DNA from: Nemertoderma westbladi
Lineage: Eukaryota > Animalia > Xenacoelomorpha
Length of the DNA: 42,418 nucleotides
Reading direction: 5' to 3'
NCBI GenBank assembly: GCA_032718475.1
Contig: JAUCBJ010004583.1
Location: forward strand, 1 to 42,418
The translations under genes were made by a program, and so were the position numbers. Shown one piece after another: positions 37,509 to 42,418 of the stretch (within the stretch, counting starts at the first letter, position 1; every line of letters begins with the position of its first letter). A model generated the notes under the pieces. The model had not been told where the DNA came from, did no database searches, and worked only from the letters and a program-made list of their open reading frames with translations.

Positions 37509-40323
37509 ACTGTAACAAGCGCGAAATCGCGCAAAGGTCCGCGTCAACCAACGCATGAACTGCCTCTTTTAATTTTTCATGAAATAATTGATAAACTACC
37601 TTTTAAATTTAAGGGGGGGGGGGGGGTTATACCATTTTCGGACAACTCTTTTATTTATCACTCTCATAGCGTTTCAAAATTGTTTGGTTATGGCTATAAT
37701 ATGGAATATAGGTACCTAAGATGCTATTCTACATGACAGGTAGAAAAATTTTATTTTTCGCAATTTAATATTAGTTAATAATAGTAAACAATAAAAAAAA
37801 CTTCGCTGTGATTAAAATCTTAAGGCTTTTATAGTTTTGAATCTAATCACATAAAAGTTTTTTTATACTGTATGATAGATCAAAGATGGGGCAACATAAC
37901 TATCAGGCGAAATTTTGTGAAAATAATTCTGCACCGCTAGGTGGCGCTGCAAATTTATGTTTTATTTTAGGTTTGTTCTAAACTTCTAAATAGTATAAAA
38001 TTTTATTAACAAAAAATTTCGAAAATTGTCTGATACTTTTATGCAGGGTGGGTATGTAGAGACCCACAGAAATGTTCTGACTAATTGCTCAAAAATTGTA
38101 GAAGTACGTGGATTTTGAAATTGACAATTTCATAAAAAAAATATTTGGAGATAATCGACATTTCATTATACATAGTAATTGTAATTTATTTTTTTTGTTA
38201 TTGTTATAGTAAATTAGATATAGGAAGTACATCGTTGTAGAAAACGTTTGTGGCCAATTAAAAGAAACATTATAGAAACAAACAACAACAATAGGCCTAG
38301 TAATTTCAATAGTTCACCCTAAATGGAAATTGTTATAACTTGAAAACTAAAAGAGCCATTAAATAGCGGTTTTCAGATTAGGAAACACCCTTTACTGTAA
38401 TCGTGCATTATAATTGATCATAAAAATAATTTTGACATATTTTGGACCAAAATGATGTACCCCTATTTCACTAACTTGCAATGCGCAATTAGAAAACAGT
38501 TCGCAACATATAGTTATTTTAATCCTCCGGGAAGAACTGTTGGCAGTTGGCGTCAATTTACTTTACTCCTCCCTCTATGATGTGGAGTAAAGTTGTATTC
38601 TATTAACCCCCACCTTAAGAAAATATAAGGAATATATGGACCAAACAATACCCACCACCAACAGACAACTAACATGTATGTTAATTGGCCAAGTTGAAAA
38701 GGGTGGAAAATTTAAAACGTGCAGAGATAGGTCCTAATGTTACAAGGCTGCAAGCTTGAAAGGTGGGAAATTTGAAACCACATCCATATGTACCGGTACT
38801 ACTGAACTACATTACTGCCAAATCCGTGTCCGAATTCGACATCAGCATGGACGATTGCGAGCAGAATGCGCACCCCGCAGACACATTACCGGTAAGCCCG
38901 CGCGGAGGAATGAATGCGAAACTCAATTCACGGCGGACCCAACGAATACACTCGGCGTACGGCGCCTCCCGCTTTTCGGAGAGGAGGACTCGAACAGAGT
39001 CGTGGTTGGCGAGAAACCACTGAAAGCCAAGAATACAGGAATATAAGTTGCGTGAAAGTCGCCAACTCGACTTCGCGTGTCGCTCATCGTAGAAATGACG
39101 CATGCGTGCCTCGTGATGGAGATGGGCATAGTCGAGAGGCAAAGCAGCGTTTGTAGGGTCCATTGTCTGGCAGCAGGTGGGTGAGTAAGCGTTGAATGGC
39201 TTACTACCAACCAATCTTACAACCAGAAAAAAATGTACCGGACACCGGAAAGGGCTGAAGGGTACTTGAACTCGGTACCTAGAGATTCCATGTTACTAAA
39301 CAGCTAAAAGGCGGGTAAAATCACTTTTTTTTTCAAACATTGACGATTCCCTATGCCATTGGCGAACCACTTATGCTTTTTTTAAAACTTTGATGATTCC
39401 CCTACACACTGTCTGTTCGCCCATGGCGAAGTTTATTCATTCAGCTACAGTAAGTCCAATGCAAACCACTCCTTTTCAAAGTTTGTTGATTCCTCTATGC
39501 CCTTATTGTGACGGGATTGAGTTCTGTGATCCCGATCGGATAAGGTTGTACGCGTCACTTCACTGCTGGGCTGCTGAGCTAATATCTTTGGCCGAAGGCT
39601 GTCGGGGAAAAATAACAGAGTTTGTTTCTCGATGCTAATAGTCTCAGTGATAATAGCACAGTATGTATAACTGTAGTATTAATAGCAATTACATATTCTC
39701 ATAAAACATATTTTCTTATTATACTGTAGCAATAAATATTAGTTTAATCGGTTATATGTAATATTCTTAATTCAAAAACTTAAATGTCAGAGGTAAATTT
39801 GTTAACGCCATTTAGCGGCCGATGCTGATGTTTTGACCGTACCTAATAATTAATTGAGAACCAACCATTCAAAAAGTTATTCAAAATCAATGAAGTGGTT
39901 TAAAAGTTATTAAGCATAGACGAAGTGATATTTAGCGCCTCCTAGAGACGGAAAATTTAAATGCGCGACGCCAAAATTCGGAAAACTTTGTAAACTTTTG
40001 ACATACTACTTGTGTACCACGTTTGGTATAATTTCATCTAAAAGATTCGCTGAGTTACTGTATTAGCATTCAAAGATTAGACGGACCGACCGACCAACCG
40101 CCTGGCAGACCGACAGATAGACGCGAGGTTGAGATTGGTACACAATCGCCCCACAGTGTTAGTCAATTTAACGGGTGCTTGTCAGTTCTGTCACTGGCCC
40201 TGTGTTACCGAATAGTGACTCTAGTATTTTTAATAATAGTGATAGTCATTTAATAATAGTGTTTATAGTTGTTTTATAGCGACTCTAGTATTTTTAAGGC
40301 CCTTAAAATAGTCATTAAAATTA

Positions 40324-41414
40324 CTAGAATCACTATTTCCTGTCGCCATATCAACAATATGGCATTTTGAAACCAGCTGATGGCGTGTGACGGGATCAGA
40401 GGATCCCGACCGGTTAATTTGTGTTACGCGTCACCGATGTAATTGGAAAATAGTTTGTTGTTGTTATTCTGATGTTGATATAGACTAATGATAATATAAT
40501 ATACGTGATAGCACAGTTGAGATATTGCAATGCAGTAATGAATGATGTACCGGTAGTTACGGTGATGTCACAGGTGACGGACGGTGACGGTACAAAAGTG
40601 TCACCGATCTGCCCTAGATGACTGAAATGGATGGTAATGCAAATTGATTGATAATATATATTCACTCTTACACTACCGTGGCCTTAGTACCTAGCGGATG
40701 CTCTCTTCCCTGTCCCTGATTGGCTAATAGGTTCATTCTCGCCTCTCACCTCTGTGGGAGTGCTCCCCCCCCCCCCCCCCCCCCCCCGCTGCTGTTACTT
40801 TCCCTCTCCAGGAGGTTTAACCTCCGACCTCCCTTTGTGTGGCTCTTTGGGGCTTGTATGTTGTCCCCGTTATTGGATGTGATACGAGGTTAATGGTGAT
40901 TAACCTCGTATCCCCAATATTGCTGAAAATGCCACTTCCCAACTTTATGGGGATAGTGGAGCGGAATTGAATCCACTCACACTCCCCCCCATGCTATCTT
41001 CCCGGTGAGAAGATAGCGTCAACCTCCATGAGTGCGCTTCAATTCCGCTGGAACCCGATCTACCATCGGGTGTGGGGTGGAGTTCTCTTACTTGGAGTCG
41101 GCTTTCCAGGCCGCTCCCTCTGGGTATGATGTTACTAACCCCTCTTGGTGCAACCGCAACCTATGTTGCACCAAGACATCTGGCGTCTCGGTTTGAGACA
41201 ATTGTGTATTTCTCTCACACAATTTTAAAGAGCTCTCTCACTCAAACTCTAATTTCTCACTCTAGCACTCCTCTAACTCCACTCTATCTAACTCCACTCC
41301 ACTCTAACTCCACTCTGAATCGCACTCCCTGTACTCTCCACCACTCCCAATCTAGAATCACTATTTCCTGTCGCCATATCAGCAATATGGCATTTTGAAA
41401 CCAGCTGATGGCGT
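40324..41414. mobile_element. 965-bp insert flanked by 63-bp direct repeats, unclassified
   Basis: CTAGAATCACTATTTCCTG...GATGGCGT at 40324-40386 and 41352-41414 (1 mismatch), enclosed by 28-bp inverted repeats at ~40315-40342 and ~41441-41468. Confidence 0.5.
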
Positions 41415-41569
41415 TGCTAGGTACCCAGTTTAAAACCAATCAGGAAATAGTGATTCTAGTAATTTTAACGGCTCCTATACATATTGGTTTGAGCTCTACA
41501 CTACTGTGGCCTTTGCTACCCAATCTGCTAACCCTTTGCTATCCTTCCCCACGTGCTTCCCTGCCCGCT

Positions 41570-41963
41570 ATTGGCTTATATACAGACTCGAAAATTACGC
41601 GAAACGAGCTTTTTCGGTCGCAGCCACAACCGTATGGAATTCATTACCAGCAGATATCCGCACGGCGAAAACGGTGGATATTTTTAAACGAAGACTTAAA
41701 ACATTTTATTTCTCTCGGTCATTCGGCGAATTTTGGGACGGAGTTGGGAGGGGGGGGGGGGGGGGGGGGTATTTGTATTTTTATTTCAACTCAGTCGATT
41801 TTTACTGATTTTATTAACAACAATTTTTATCAACTCGCTTTCTTTTTATCATATTCATATGTGTACATACTGTACTTAGTTAATTGTACATCGGATCACT
41901 TGTATACTGTATGCACCTAGAACTCAGCGTATTGGCGCTATATAAATACTTATTATTATTATT
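41570..41963 (+). mobile_element. L2/CR1-type LINE 3' fragment
   Basis: Encodes YAKRAFSVAATTVWNSLPADIRTAKTVDIFKRRLKTFYF, the typical ORF2 C-terminus; 3' UTR ends GCGCTATATAAAT...(TTA)n. The 5' boundary is approximate. Confidence 0.8.
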
Positions 41964-42418
41964 AAAATTGGTGAAAATTTCACCAAAAAATTATATTACA
42001 CCAATTTAAATAATGTAAATCCCAAAAAAATCATTCAACACCAAATAAAATAAAGTCGCCCCAAATAACATTCAAAAACCAAAATAAATTTTTTAACACC
42101 AAAATCAATTATTCAACACAAAAATAAATGACAAAACCACCAATATAAATACAAATTTTCCCAAAATAAATGCAAATTTTTCCAAAATAAAATACAAACT
42201 TTCCCAAAATAAATTTAAATTTTCCCAAAATAAATACTTTTTCCCCCAAAATAAATACATAATCCCCCAAAATAAATATCTAATCTCCCAAAATAAATAC
42301 ATATTCCCCCAAAATAATCAAATATTTTGCCAAAATAACGGACTGTTATTCTTATAATTACAGACTTTCAGTTGCAGACTATTCTTACGAGGATCGTCGG
42401 GTGAGTACAAAACAAAGA
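41858..42418 (+). repeat. Paralog of 1678-2230 (start of a third duplication unit)
   Basis: Same LINE tail, 21-bp minisatellite and GAGGATCGTCGGGTGAGTACAAAACAAAGA. Confidence 0.9.

Noticed and set aside
40386-40572. Solo LTR TGTGAC...GTCACA
   Set aside because: No matching 4-6-bp TSD and no second copy in the window.

Overview
Eukaryotic, probably invertebrate-animal, repeat-rich DNA; the organism cannot be named from sequence. The backbone is a tandem segmental duplication. Unit 1 (~1.7-26 kb) and unit 2 (~26-41.9 kb) each carry a C2H2 zinc-finger gene built from an 84-bp coding minisatellite, and a third unit starts at the right edge. Unit 1 has a frameshifted 15-finger pseudogene and a full-length 16-kb BEL/Pao LTR retrotransposon (9318-25298, minus strand, near-identical ~1.24-kb LTRs, inserted in a poly-G tract). 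Unit 2 has a MULE transposon (26989-29414, 9-bp TSD) and a 60-finger array in which one CAA>TAA stop-bearing finger has been amplified to 13 copies. The BEL/Pao element is the most unusual part. Downstream of pol it has a disrupted ~482-codon extra ORF that the ORF track splits, encoding three zinc knuckles and a Lys/Arg-rich tail (not env-like). A duplicated, apparently structured element lies upstream of that ORF. There is no tRNA-type PBS; the 11 nt after the 5' LTR are complementary to an internal LTR site, suggesting possible self-priming. The rest is non-autonomous DNA elements, foldbacks, an L2 LINE 3' end and minisatellites. All translations and alignments were done by eye, with no database searches.
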